From a virus: a stretch of DNA of 55,494 bases. Below the pieces are notes generated by a model. The model was not told the origin of the DNA. It saw nothing but the letters and a program-made list of their open reading frames with translations, and did no database searches. Position numbers and translations under genes: made by a program. The DNA lies in the IMG/VR virus record IMGVR_UViG_3300002042_000005, positions 1 through 55,494 of that record; one strand, 5' to 3'. This document shows, in pieces, positions 1 to 8,038 of this stretch (position 1 is the stretch's first letter; every line of letters begins with the position of its first letter).

Positions 1-49
1 AGTGATTGATTTGCTGATGTTTGGTTGGCGGAGCGGACGGGACTCGAAC
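1..49. repeat. Left copy of the 49-bp terminal direct repeat (candidate att core)
   Basis: Bases 1-49 are identical to 55446-55494, compared base by base. Confidence 0.9.
26..49 (-). other. tRNA-Asp-like 3' fragment (T-loop, 3' T-stem, 3' acceptor strand, G73, CCA) with no 5' half
   Basis: The minus strand reads GTTCGAGTCCCGTCCGCTCCGCCA. This differs at one base from the E. coli tRNA-Asp 3' end as I recall it. Sequence 50-75 is only degenerately tRNA-like and no GGAGCGG 5' acceptor strand is present. Confidence 0.7.
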
Positions 50-198
50 GCGCTACCCCAGTGTAAGTTATTGTTTCTTGGTGCCAGGCAATCTACGCAC
101 CACCCCGCAAACCCGCATTCTATCGCACCTATCACCATCGGCCTGCACCCGGGTAGCCAATCGGTAGCACATCGCACTGCCGATATGTCTAGTCAGAT

Positions 199-507
199 AT
201 GAGTGGAGTCAACGGCCCCAAACCTTGGGCTGAACAAGACCCTGATGGGTGGGCCTGGGCGCTCCGGGGTCAAGATGACACTTGGTTCACTCCGGTATTC
301 AGCTGCTCGCTATGTAAGCGCTGGTTCACTGCCGGGGGCGTGCGCCACAAGTATTTTGTCACTAGATGGCTTGGAAGGAATCTATTTTTCGCTCGGCTCT
401 GTAAAAACTGCACCTCGATCATGGACCAGATAGAGGCACTAAAGGAACTGAAGCGACTCAAAAACCGTTTGCTAAAGGTGATACGTGAAACTAAAAACAA
501 CAGCTGA
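199..507 (+). CDS. Hypothetical protein with two CxxC pairs (possible zinc ribbon)
   Basis: 102-aa ORF with CSLC and CKNC motifs. It is the first gene inside the left repeat. No family recognised. Confidence 0.45.
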   Translation: MSGVNGPKPWAEQDPDGWAWALRGQDDTWFTPVFSCSLCKRWFTAGGVRHKYFVTRWLGRNLFFARLCKNCTSIMDQIEALKELKRLKNRLLKVIRETKNNS

Positions 508-706
508 TCTGCGCACCGCGCTCCTTGAATCCATCGAGCAAGTGCGCAGCCGGGAAATGGAACCCAAGCAAGCCCAGGCCATTTGCAACCTAACCAAAGA
601 AGTGATCAAAACGGCAGAGATTGAGATAAAGGCAACTTTGATGGCGCATGAGGTTGGCATTAAAGGTGCCCAACCAGAGCCGCTTAGGCTGACCAGTGAT
701 GACTGA
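485..706 (+). CDS. Hypothetical protein
   Basis: 73-aa ORF with a GTG start preceded by AAGGTG. Short overlaps with both neighbours suggest an operon. Confidence 0.4.
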   Translation: MKLKTTADLRTALLESIEQVRSREMEPKQAQAICNLTKEVIKTAEIEIKATLMAHEVGIKGAQPEPLRLTSDD

Positions 707-1037
707 GCACACACCCCTAATCGCCGTGATCACCGGCACGCACAGAGAATGGCTTCGTTTCAAACGGGAATTTATGGACGCTGGCGGGATGGGGACGCGA
801 GTAGACGACCGGGAGTTTACCTTCCAGGGGCGCCGCTATCGATGGATGCCAAGGTGGGAAAAGATCGAAGGGAATTATATGCCGGACCAGGTGTGGCGGT
901 ACGGCAGCTGGCACGACCGGGTTGCCAAGGAACCCCAGGTGTATGGCCAGATGATTTTGTATTGTCGACGGAACCAGGCAAGGATCCGCGACGTTACGCC
1001 AGACTTACTGATTGCTGCGGTGTCAGCTGCTGCCTAA
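696..1037 (+). CDS. Hypothetical protein
   Basis: 113-aa ORF. Its stop (TAA 1035-1037) abuts the stop of the convergent gene at 1038. Confidence 0.45.
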   Translation: MMTEHTPLIAVITGTHREWLRFKREFMDAGGMGTRVDDREFTFQGRRYRWMPRWEKIEGNYMPDQVWRYGSWHDRVAKEPQVYGQMILYCRRNQARIRDVTPDLLIAAVSAAA

Positions 1038-1532
1038 TCAATGCCGCAGCAGCTCATCGGCAATCGACTGCTCGGTTTGCTGAATGGTTAGCGACAACCC
1101 GACAACGTGGCCTCTGCGCCAGTGCCAGTCCGGTACCATCCGCATGGCGTTCTTGCCAGGTATAACAATCGCCGCCTCGGATCCTAACTGAATCACGTCA
1201 TTGCGCTGACTCTCCGGAAAGGCGCGCTCGAGCGCGTAAGACACGGTGGGCAGTTGCTCCAGGCGTTTGCCTTTGGCCGTGTAGGCGTCCAACCCGAAGA
1301 GCTCCGCTGCGTCGGAGTTAATCGCCATAACCCGACTGCTCAGATACGCCTGGTAGAGCGCGCCGTTGGTGGTTTGCCGCCACAACGCGTGCTTAAACTT
1401 GACCTTGAGAAAAGGCGGCGAGTGCCTGTTAAAGATAACCCACAGCACCACCATTGCCACTAACCAAAGGACAACGACTATCGCCTGGCCCACCAAGGAG
1501 GGATCAATGAAATCGAGCACGGCGGGTACCAC
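1038..1532 (-). CDS. Membrane-anchored PAS-like domain protein
   Basis: 164 aa. N-terminal hydrophobic helix (IVVVLWLVAMVVLWVIF), then a PAS-like segment (VMAINSDAAELFGLDAYTAKGKRLEQL...). Last gene of the coupled module 1038-3801. Confidence 0.55.
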   Translation of the reverse strand: MVPAVLDFIDPSLVGQAIVVVLWLVAMVVLWVIFNRHSPPFLKVKFKHALWRQTTNGALYQAYLSSRVMAINSDAAELFGLDAYTAKGKRLEQLPTVSYALERAFPESQRNDVIQLGSEAAIVIPGKNAMRMVPDWHWRRGHVVGLSLTIQQTEQSIADELLRH

Positions 1533-1557
1533 TCATCAACCAAAGCCGCGGGGCGGG

Positions 1558-1800
1558 CTAGCGCGGCCCGCGAAACAACGAACGCAGGCCTGAGAGCCAT
1601 TGCTGGAACCGAGTCTTCGGTCCGGGCAGATCCTCCGGAGGTTCCCAGTCGCCCAGTTCTGGCAACGGGTCAACGGGATCAACATCGATGCGCGCGTGCT
1701 CTTCTCGCACATGCTCAATGGCTAAGGCGGCTCGATGCAACTGCTCTGCTGCCGCCTTCAGCTCATTGTCTAGGCAGGTATCAATCTGCCTGCGCCGCAT
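1558..1800 (-). CDS. Hypothetical small protein
   Basis: 80-aa ORF that overlaps the upstream gene by 20 nt. Helical N-terminus and Pro/Asp-rich centre. Confidence 0.4.
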   Translation of the reverse strand: MRRRQIDTCLDNELKAAAEQLHRAALAIEHVREEHARIDVDPVDPLPELGDWEPPEDLPGPKTRFQQWLSGLRSLFRGPR

Positions 1801-2215
1801 CTGCTATAACTTCAATGATGCCGCCCGCAGGCTGAGGCAGGAACTTGGCGAGCTTGCCGGCAAAGCCAGCCACCCGCGGCCCGTACTTTTCAACAATGCC
1901 CATCACGCCCTGAACAGACAGACTGCTTTCGTCGTCGCCTTCCTCCACCGCATCAACGCTCGCTTTCACTTCGGCGGCCGCTTCGTCTTCTAAGCCCCAT
2001 TGCCTGAGCGCTTCAAGTATCTCAAGCGTATCTTCGCCGGGGTTGATGTTGGTCTGGCTGATTTCCGCACCCGACTCCATATTGTCGACGTTGTTGACCT
2101 GCTTGCCCGTCGACTTGTCCTGGTCAATGGTCTGCGCCAGGTTCTCGATGTTACCGCCGCCGGTATCGATCGTTGGGTTAAACCCGCCACCACTGTTGTT
2201 GTCTTCGCCTGTCAT
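1781..2215 (-). CDS. Hypothetical acidic protein
   Basis: 144 aa, Asp/Glu/Gly/Asn-rich. ATGA start/stop overlap with the upstream gene. Confidence 0.5.
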   Translation of the reverse strand: MTGEDNNSGGGFNPTIDTGGGNIENLAQTIDQDKSTGKQVNNVDNMESGAEISQTNINPGEDTLEILEALRQWGLEDEAAAEVKASVDAVEEGDDESSLSVQGVMGIVEKYGPRVAGFAGKLAKFLPQPAGGIIEVIADAAQAD

Positions 2216-2694
2216 TCAGATTTCTCCTGGTTGATTGTATTGCCGACGTTTTCAACCGCGCCGCCATCGGTATGCACTGACATGTTTGTTTCACTTCGGC
2301 CAAGGTGCGCCTTCTGGGTATCCCAAATCATTTCCATTTTCGCTCGCGCGTTTGACACCATTGCTAAGGCTTCATTCAAGGCCGTTGTTAGCGACTCCTG
2401 CTTAGCCACAATCTTGTCCTGCATTTCTTTGCGATCGCCATCACGCGATAACAGCTCTTGCATAGACCGCTCAAAGTCGCCCTTCATATCTTTGAGATAC
2501 ACCGCGAGATCCCGAAGGTGGCCGGTGTTCGTCTCTTCCAACCGCTTTAGATCTTCCTGCAGCGTTTCGTTTAACCGCCGCAGTTGGTCTAGCTCACGTT
2601 TTAAGGAGGCAAGTTGTTGATCGTCTTGCTCGGTGAGCCTGGACAGAATGTCGTCATCCTGCTCGTCGTCATTGCCAAATATACTGCCAGCCAT
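2212..2694 (-). CDS. Hypothetical coiled-coil protein
   Basis: 160 aa with an acidic N-terminus and heptad-like LKRELDQLRRLNETLQEDLKRLEE. Its ATG lies immediately after the stop of the 368-aa gene. Confidence 0.55.
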   Translation of the reverse strand: MAGSIFGNDDEQDDDILSRLTEQDDQQLASLKRELDQLRRLNETLQEDLKRLEETNTGHLRDLAVYLKDMKGDFERSMQELLSRDGDRKEMQDKIVAKQESLTTALNEALAMVSNARAKMEMIWDTQKAHLGRSETNMSVHTDGGAVENVGNTINQEKSE

Positions 2695-3801
2695 TTATCG
2701 CGACCTTATAACAACGGCGGCGCCGTAGTGCTTTTCTTCACCGCCCTCATACTTGACAACGGGATAGCGCACTAACTCCCATAGCGTTAAATGCCCATCT
2801 TTGTGTTTGGCAGTCACCCACCCTACCTTTAACGGCTGGGTGACATCCGGCATTGAAGCCACAAACTTAGAAACAACGGCCGCGTGCGACGGACGCTCGC
2901 TATCGCCATCCTGGTACGCCTCTTCATCGATCAACAGATCAATGTGTTCGCCTTCCATTTCACTTTCGGAGTAACCGGACGCTTTTTCCATGCGCGGATT
3001 CGCTTCCGTGATAAGACCGTCACAGTCAATAAGCAGAGCTGGTGGCCCGTAGCGAAAGTACTGACCGTGCAAAGCATCGCTTGAACTGCCCGCACTGGAC
3101 AATAAATCACTGAGCGATGACGTTGACGCCGACGAGCTCTCTAATCGTTTCCGGGAAACCTCAAGCTCATATTGCAGCCCCGCAACGACGCTTTCCTGCT
3201 CATGCTTCGCGCGCTCAAGCCCGCTTATATGGCGCTGCCTTTCAACTTCCCTGCGCGCCACCTTGCCCTTACTCAGAAAGGCGTTGATAAGCGCAAAGAG
3301 CGCGATCAGCCCGGTGCCTATCTCGTCTAACCAATGCGTCCAATCTTGGGTAACACCAACCGCCTCCGAACGGTCCATGTGAATTTTTAGCGCCACCGTT
3401 TTGCCGTCTATCTCCATTGCCCGGCCAGCCAGAATGGTGTCCTTACCGGTGTAGCTTTTCGCCTCTGTAATCAAATCGCCTTTGGCCGCAAGCACGGCGT
3501 TGAGGTGATCACCACAACGAGCCACCTCCCAACGACCTTTTGGCAAGAACCTGGGCTTTGTCAGGAAACGGCCGCTCTCAGAGCAGAAATAAACATCGAG
3601 TGTTTCCCACATCCCACTCGTCGTTACCGCGTCGATACCAAGCTGCTGCGCAATGATGGTTTTGTCGTGCAGCATTTCTTCAAGGTCGCGCTTGTTCTCT
3701 TTGATCTGAGATTCCGCGCGATCGTTGCCGGCGTACATGTCAACGCCCACCACCCAGAGGAAGGCAAGTAATAGCAGTAGAAAGTTTCGGAAGGGGCTCA
3801 T
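2695..3801 (-). CDS. Sensor-like protein with no output domain: TM, extracytoplasmic Cache-like domain, TM, coiled coil, C-terminal PAS
   Basis: 368 aa. TM1 is FLLLLLAFLWVVGV and TM2 is GLIALFALINAFL. The C-terminal PAS signature is PALLIDCDGLITEANPRMEKASGYSESEMEGEHIDLL...KHKDGHL. No HisKA, HATPase, GGDEF or HTH follows. ATGA overlap with the 3798-4226 gene. Confidence 0.65.
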   Translation of the reverse strand: MSPFRNFLLLLLAFLWVVGVDMYAGNDRAESQIKENKRDLEEMLHDKTIIAQQLGIDAVTTSGMWETLDVYFCSESGRFLTKPRFLPKGRWEVARCGDHLNAVLAAKGDLITEAKSYTGKDTILAGRAMEIDGKTVALKIHMDRSEAVGVTQDWTHWLDEIGTGLIALFALINAFLSKGKVARREVERQRHISGLERAKHEQESVVAGLQYELEVSRKRLESSSASTSSLSDLLSSAGSSSDALHGQYFRYGPPALLIDCDGLITEANPRMEKASGYSESEMEGEHIDLLIDEEAYQDGDSERPSHAAVVSKFVASMPDVTQPLKVGWVTAKHKDGHLTLWELVRYPVVKYEGGEEKHYGAAVVIRSR

Positions 3802-4226
3802 GGATTTTCCTCAAACCATTTATCTATAGGTTGTCGTGGTGGGATAGGCTGGCCTGCCGTGGCGGTCGTGTAGTCGTGCCAGATATCCAACTGATCAAGA
3901 ATTACGTGCGGGGGCGCGTTGTCGTCAATCAAATCGCCAAACTCAGACCAGAAATCACGCGCAGACACTGCGAAATACCCAAGCGTTCCTAACGTGTCTC
4001 CGTTGCCGGGATCATCTAACTGAATCGCTTGCCAATACAAAATGCTTTCATCAACGTAAGCAAAGGTCGGCGCGAAGTTTCCGGTTGCTAGAAGGTCGTT
4101 TGTGAGCGTTGTTGTCTCTGCTGGCCCTTGCTCCGCGCGGATTAACGCATCCTGCGTAGCCTGAACGTAAGGCGTTGGTGGAACGACAAGAGACGGCGCT
4201 ACAGCGATGGCGTTGCGGACTAGCAT
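3798..4226 (-). CDS. Hypothetical protein in the tail-fibre-chaperone position
   Basis: 142-aa ORF directly downstream of the tail fibre gene. Assignment is by position only. Confidence 0.45.
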   Translation of the reverse strand: MLVRNAIAVAPSLVVPPTPYVQATQDALIRAEQGPAETTTLTNDLLATGNFAPTFAYVDESILYWQAIQLDDPGNGDTLGTLGYFAVSARDFWSEFGDLIDDNAPPHVILDQLDIWHDYTTATAGQPIPPRQPIDKWFEENP

Positions 4227-4230
4227 AAGA

Positions 4231-7200
4231 TTAGAGAACCCATGATTCCAGCTCTAGAAGGTTAATTGCCCACGAGTCATCCACCGACATTTTTAGGTGC
4301 CAGCTTCTACCGTTGAATTCAAAGTAGGCTTCTTCGACTGCGCCGCCTACTGAAAAGTCAATGTTTTGCCCTGCAAAGTTAGTAAACGCAGCGTTGGTGA
4401 ACGTCCGGCTTGGCGTGTCGCGCATATCCGTTACGTTTTGATCCCAATGGGAATAGCAGTTGGTTAGCGTCACGTTAGCGCCAGTAGCTGCCGCAATGAT
4501 CTGCCTGCCGGTAGCTCCAGCTCGAAATACCAGCTCTGGCAGGGCCGCAAATACCGCGTTGGCATTATTGCTCGGGCGTAATAGCTGGCGCGTGTAGTCC
4601 GGCAGAACGGCGGGAAACTCTACGAAAGTAACGGCGGGGTTTGGCCCTGTGCTCAGAATGTTGTAATAGCCCTCAGTCTCCGACACGATAAACACTATCG
4701 CGTCAGTTACGGTATCAAGTGATATGCGCGAGTTTGGCGCAACCTCTACCTTGTGCGCTGTAAAGAACTCATCGTAAATCGTGGGCGCTTGCTGCGCGGC
4801 GGTCGCGGAGGGGCTGGTGACTGCTGCCGTTTTTGGGGCTGCTACCACTGTGCCAGTTGGAACCACCGCCGCCGCATCGCCATCAACACGAAGCTCTGAC
4901 CAGTGATAATTGACAGCACGGTTAGGGTCATTGAATCGAAGAGCGCCGGTTGTGTAATCCACCACCGTGCAGAGAACATACCCATCAGCGTGACTGTCTA
5001 TATAAAACTGGTCAGCATCGCCCGCACTCTGGCTACGAATAACCGCTAGCGATATATCAGCTATTGGCCAAGGTCTGCGGGCTGTGCCGGTAGAATCAGC
5101 AATCTGTATGCGAATGTATGCCTCGTCGGGCGCACTAGCCAAATCGTGTCCGGTAACAATGGGCGTGTTATCTATGTCGGCCAGGTCTGAATGCCTGTTA
5201 CCAATCCGCATATCCGCTTGAAACGCTTCGATTGCATTATCCAGCCGACCATCCCACCAAACCTTCACAAAGTTAGGCCCGGTCTGTCGCCATCGGTAAA
5301 TGTAGCGGTTTCGCAGTGCGCGAATACTGTCTACCACATAGTTAAGCTGCCCGCCTTGATCATCGAGCATCACCTCAAAGCCAGAAGTATTGACAATGAT
5401 GCCTTCAAACTCGTTGTTGACGTCATGCGCAGACAGGTCGGGCAGCGTGCCTGTGGCCCCCGCTGAAACCCCTGCTGAGACCAGCCATGAGTGCTCGTCA
5501 GCACCCAACGTGTAGTTATTGTCAGTAGCGACCAGAGTTTCGCGTTGCAGCTTGCCCGGCGTCGCTTCGGGTACAGATTTGGTTTTTAGCCAATAAGGGT
5601 CGTCGAGAACACCAGGGACCCCGCGCCAGTGAGTAGTTATTACCTCCAGTAACTCAAAATCCGCAGCATCTAGCGCCAGTGCGTCTGCGCGGTTCGCTTG
5701 GATGATCGATAACGCAATCTCTTGCCCAAGCACCGCAACCGGCCTAACGCCTTCCGCATCATCCAGAAAGCGAACGTTGTCCTTGTTAATCTTCCATTCT
5801 TCGCCGCCAGCATCTAGGTAATAGATTGGGTTGCCTACCGCCGCGCGGGTAACGCTCCACTTGCCATCGACACCCCCAAACCCATCATAAAGCGGAGAGC
5901 CTTTAGCTCGAAACACCGTCGCACGCTGGTCTGGGGTAACCGTGTGAACATTATTGACTCTCGACACCCCATCATCGCCAACGTGCACAATTCTATGCTC
6001 GGGTCCGCCGCCCACTTGATTTACCCGTAGGTCGCCTTGCGCGTCCGTGTCCAAGCAGTAAGTAATCAACCCCGCGAATGTATCGGGTAAATTAACGTCT
6101 AATCCCGCCGCTGGCGTTACTATCACGTAGTTAACACCGGGGCGTAAGTCGTGACCGTCATCTGCCGATGTCAGGTCAATATTTACCGGTGGCATGGTGA
6201 CGGATACTGTCCACTCGACACCATCCGAGGCATACAGCACGGTCATGCCGGGGAAGATCGGCAAGGGGGGAAGTGGGACGCCATTCACAATGCGCCGCGT
6301 GTTCGCGCCGCTCACTATGGCTGGGGTGCCATCCTTAACCCCAGCACCGTGCACAACCTCAATGTCTTTGCCAGCAAAACCAGTAGCAGGCGGCAATTCA
6401 AACCCATTGCCAGTTGTAAGGTAACGTTTGCCCGGCACAAGAATCGGATTGCCTGCTGCAACTGCTATTCGGTCCGGCAACGTTTTATTATTAAGGTGGT
6501 ACTTAGAACTAGCGCCCCAAGTGGTTTGAGCGTCGATAACTATCCACAACTCAAACGAACCTTCCCCGTCATCTAGAACCAGAACCAAGCGACCAGCCGC
6601 CAGTGCGTCGTCACCGCTATTGGTTAACGCATCGCGCTCTGCAACATCAGCAACAACAATGGTTTCGGTAACCGTGGCAGTTGCTTGCGCGACTTTCGCT
6701 GATTCCAACAACTTGGAAGAAGACGCAACGCCACCATTCGCGCCATTGAGCGCTTGATCACCGCCAACCGTGACCGTGCCCAGAAACGAATGTCCCGTTG
6801 CGAACAATGGTGGAACGACCATGTTAGCCAAAGCGCGATCCACTCGAGTGGCTGCGCTGGCGTAGCTGCCGTACTTGATCTGGCCTAGAAGCACTTTAAG
6901 TTCGCCAGTGGCGTCTTCGATATAGACCAGGCTGGTAACTGCATCGTTGCCAGGGATGGGTGACAGAACACCGTTCAAATCGTAGCTTGGCTTCAGGACG
7001 CCATAATTGACCGGACCGTTGAGTACTTCGGTGCCGTCACTAAGGAAAACTTTATAAGTGTCGCCACCTGCGAAATCTAGAGCTTCATTCCAAACCTGCT
7101 CGGCTTCGTTAAAGGTGTAGATTTTACCGGGCGCTACCGTCAGCGTGTTGGTACCAGTGGCTCTCAGGTCAAGACCAACCTTGACTTTCTTTATGGCTTG

Positions 7201-7980
7201 GCTGAGCAGCTTTGCAAGTTCGGGGCGAGCCTCCAGCCCGGTGCCGTCACTTTTCTCGCGCAGAATATCGAACGGCGATCGCGCCGGTAGTTTTTGCTCG
7301 AACCGATCGTTGACCGCTCTTGTGGTGGGATAGGTGGTGTCGTTGATCGTGGCGAAGTCGTTGACTTTGTTGGCCAGCTTCTCGTCAAGCGCGTCCGCGT
7401 TCGCTCGGTCGGTCGCTTCTTGAGCGATCGCTGCAGCGTTTGCCTGCTCTGCGGCCGTCGCGCGCGCCGTTTCCGCCGCCACCTTGGCGTCACTGTCTGT
7501 GATGGTCTCAAGCGCCGATAGATCCGGCGCGGCCGGCTTGTTCTCCAGATCTGCGTAATCGCCTGACCGGGCAACTTCATGCAGGTTGGTTATGCGCTCG
7601 CGCTCCGTAGCGACTTCCGACTTGTCGGCTTTGTTGGCAAGGCTCGCTGTGTTGGCGCCGGTTGCCGCGTCTTGAGCATCCTGCTCTGCCTGCAGCGCTG
7701 CTTCCAACGCCGCCAGCTCGGCATCGGTTGCGTTGCCGGCGTTTAACGCATCAAGCGCGGCCTGCAGATCAGCATCGGTGGACGCTTGCGCGGAAAGCGC
7801 TGCGTTGGTCGCTGCGATCGCTGCATCAAGCTCGCCCTGGTCGGCGTTGGTCGTGCCCGCGATAATGCCGGCAACGTCTGTCAGGCTTACGCCACCACCG
7901 CCGCCACCACCGCCTAAACTGGGGCTAGTGAGAATGCGGCCGTTGGGGTAAACGGACACTTTGGGGTAGTAGTCAACCAT
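4231..7980 (-). CDS. Tail fibre protein
   Basis: 1249 aa, following the J-like gene. N-terminus has a Gly8 run and then Ala/Glu-rich coiled-coil repeats (AELAALEAALQAEQDAQDAA). The long C-terminal part looks beta-rich. Confidence 0.75.
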   Translation of the reverse strand: MVDYYPKVSVYPNGRILTSPSLGGGGGGGGVSLTDVAGIIAGTTNADQGELDAAIAATNAALSAQASTDADLQAALDALNAGNATDAELAALEAALQAEQDAQDAATGANTASLANKADKSEVATERERITNLHEVARSGDYADLENKPAAPDLSALETITDSDAKVAAETARATAAEQANAAAIAQEATDRANADALDEKLANKVNDFATINDTTYPTTRAVNDRFEQKLPARSPFDILREKSDGTGLEARPELAKLLSQAIKKVKVGLDLRATGTNTLTVAPGKIYTFNEAEQVWNEALDFAGGDTYKVFLSDGTEVLNGPVNYGVLKPSYDLNGVLSPIPGNDAVTSLVYIEDATGELKVLLGQIKYGSYASAATRVDRALANMVVPPLFATGHSFLGTVTVGGDQALNGANGGVASSSKLLESAKVAQATATVTETIVVADVAERDALTNSGDDALAAGRLVLVLDDGEGSFELWIVIDAQTTWGASSKYHLNNKTLPDRIAVAAGNPILVPGKRYLTTGNGFELPPATGFAGKDIEVVHGAGVKDGTPAIVSGANTRRIVNGVPLPPLPIFPGMTVLYASDGVEWTVSVTMPPVNIDLTSADDGHDLRPGVNYVIVTPAAGLDVNLPDTFAGLITYCLDTDAQGDLRVNQVGGGPEHRIVHVGDDGVSRVNNVHTVTPDQRATVFRAKGSPLYDGFGGVDGKWSVTRAAVGNPIYYLDAGGEEWKINKDNVRFLDDAEGVRPVAVLGQEIALSIIQANRADALALDAADFELLEVITTHWRGVPGVLDDPYWLKTKSVPEATPGKLQRETLVATDNNYTLGADEHSWLVSAGVSAGATGTLPDLSAHDVNNEFEGIIVNTSGFEVMLDDQGGQLNYVVDSIRALRNRYIYRWRQTGPNFVKVWWDGRLDNAIEAFQADMRIGNRHSDLADIDNTPIVTGHDLASAPDEAYIRIQIADSTGTARRPWPIADISLAVIRSQSAGDADQFYIDSHADGYVLCTVVDYTTGALRFNDPNRAVNYHWSELRVDGDAAAVVPTGTVVAAPKTAAVTSPSATAAQQAPTIYDEFFTAHKVEVAPNSRISLDTVTDAIVFIVSETEGYYNILSTGPNPAVTFVEFPAVLPDYTRQLLRPSNNANAVFAALPELVFRAGATGRQIIAAATGANVTLTNCYSHWDQNVTDMRDTPSRTFTNAAFTNFAGQNIDFSVGGAVEEAYFEFNGRSWHLKMSVDDSWAINLLELESWVL

Positions 7981-8038
7981 TTCTAACTCCTATAGATAAT
8001 GGGCAGCAAACGTTGGACGCCATCACGGCCGATCACTG

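Noticed and set aside
1-49. Interpretation of the terminal 49-bp identity as only a circular-contig assembly overlap.
   Set aside because: This cannot be excluded. It is less likely, though, because the repeat boundary coincides with the point where the left copy stops resembling a tRNA, and the geometry (int next to the side expected to hold the intact tRNA) fits attL/attR.
2-202. 66-aa ORF starting at base 2 and running through the att repeat and tRNA fragment.
   Set aside because: It crosses the att core and tRNA remnant, has no RBS, and its product is low complexity. Most likely non-coding.
7891-7914. GCC/ACC-rich simple repeat (gccaccaccgccgccaccaccgcc).
   Set aside because: It is simply the coding sequence of the Gly8 run near the tail-fibre N-terminus on the minus strand, not an independent repeat element.
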